Positions 8,840 through 9,265 of a DNA stretch of 9,265 nt are shown here, in pieces (position 1 is the first letter of the stretch; each line of letters begins with the position of its first letter). The translations under genes and the position numbers were made by a program. Under the pieces are notes generated by a model that did not search any database, was not told where the DNA came from, and saw nothing but the letters and a program-made list of their open reading frames with translations. The stretch is from a virus (taxonomy: Duplodnaviria > Heunggongvirae > Uroviricota > Caudoviricetes): IMG/VR virus record IMGVR_UViG_2541047843_000007, one strand, 5' to 3'.

Positions 8840-9007
8840 ATGCACTTCCGAGTCACAGGTGAATGGAATGGAGAGCCATTCAACAGAGTTATCGAAGCAG
8901 AGAACATCAACGACTGCTATGACCACTGGATGCTGTGGGCGCAGATAGCACATGCAGACGTAACTAATATTCGAATTGAAGAACTGAAAGAACACCAAGC
9001 CGCCTGA
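8840..9007 (+). CDS. Small hypothetical protein, 55 aa (below the ORF-track size cutoff); the overlapping ORF 8760..8948 is the alternative.
   Basis: ATG at 8840 with GGAG about 8 nt upstream. Translation MHFRVTGEWNGEPFNRVIEAENINDCYDHWMLWAQIAHADVTNIRIEELKEHQAA. The stop TGA (9005..9007) lies in the loop of the terminator hairpin. It reads as more protein-like than the out-of-frame 8760..8948 ORF, but which one is real cannot be decided without homology. Confidence 0.35.
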   Translation: MHFRVTGEWNGEPFNRVIEAENINDCYDHWMLWAQIAHADVTNIRIEELKEHQAA

Positions 9008-9019
9008 TGGCGGTTTTTT
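8999..9019 (+). terminator. Rho-independent terminator closing the accessory operon, upstream of the excisionase-like gene.
   Basis: Stem GCCGCC (8999..9004), loop TGAT, stem GGCGG (9009..9013), then a 6-T run (9014..9019). Confidence 0.6.
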
Positions 9020-9064
9020 ATTGCCTGATTTGCAGGTTCGATTCCCTATTCGGAGATAGCACTC

Positions 9065-9265
9065 ATGCAACACGAACTACAACCTGATTCACTGGTTGAT
9101 TTGAAATTCATCATGGCCGATACTGGCTTCGGTAAAACCTTCATCTATGACCGGATTAAGTCCGGCGACCTGCCAAAAGCCAAAGTTATCCACGGGCGAG
9201 CAAGATGGTTATATCGTGACCATTGTGAATTCAAAAATAAGCTCTTAAGCCGCGCCAATGGGTAA
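9065..9265 (+). CDS. Excisionase / AlpA-family winged-helix DNA-binding protein, 66 aa; an integrase gene is expected just beyond the window.
   Basis: ATG at 9065 with GGAGA about 9 nt upstream. Translation (FIMADTGFGKTFIYDRIKSGDLPKAKVIHGRARWLYRDHCEF) fits the AlpA/Xis helix-turn-helix pattern. It is the last gene of the early-left arm, where xis sits in P22-like phages. Confidence 0.6.
   Translation: MQHELQPDSLVDLKFIMADTGFGKTFIYDRIKSGDLPKAKVIHGRARWLYRDHCEFKNKLLSRANG

Noticed and set aside
8760-8948. 62-aa plus-strand ORF starting inside the end of the ASCH gene.
   Set aside because: Not excluded, but judged less likely than the overlapping 8840..9007 frame: its product is S/T/R-rich and ends in GCCGRR, and it overlaps the better-placed ORF that terminates in the terminator hairpin.
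9021-9033. TTGC-N5-TTGC direct repeat upstream of the xis-like gene, resembling a CII/C1 activator site.
   Set aside because: The canonical site has a 6-nt spacer and flanks a -35; the spacing here is 5 and no convincing -10 follows. Mentioned only as context in a finding.
8305-9073. Minus-strand ORFs 8305..8529, 8429..8779, 8572..8910 and 8825..9073.
   Set aside because: Antisense to the plus-strand operon. The last one would run through the plus-strand terminator and the xis-like start.

Overview
This window reads as a remnant of a P22-like enterobacterial prophage, closely resembling the E. coli K1 prophage CUS-3. I found no clearly new system; the main result is a prophage whose core appears deleted at an IS911 junction, plus several uncharacterised accessory genes. 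Nothing here was searched against a database: all identifications rest on motifs visible in the sequence and on recalled family knowledge. Left end, minus strand: a perfect 7-bp tandem tract that is the 5' coding end of a neuO-like phase-variable O-acetyltransferase gene, then a 981-aa chimeric tailspike (P22-type head-binding N-terminus, sialidase Asp-boxes, C-terminal chaperone-like domain). Middle: a terminator, an unrecognised 147-aa ORF that abuts an IS, and a complete 1250-bp IS911 with no target-site duplication. Right half, plus strand: an early-left recombination and accessory operon (two small ORFs, erf, an SSB-like gene, an abc2-like gene, a translationally coupled four-gene cassette including an Ea22/DUF551-like protein, an ASCH-motif protein, a terminator, and an excisionase-like gene). 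The immunity, replication, lysis and morphogenesis genes that normally separate these modules are absent.
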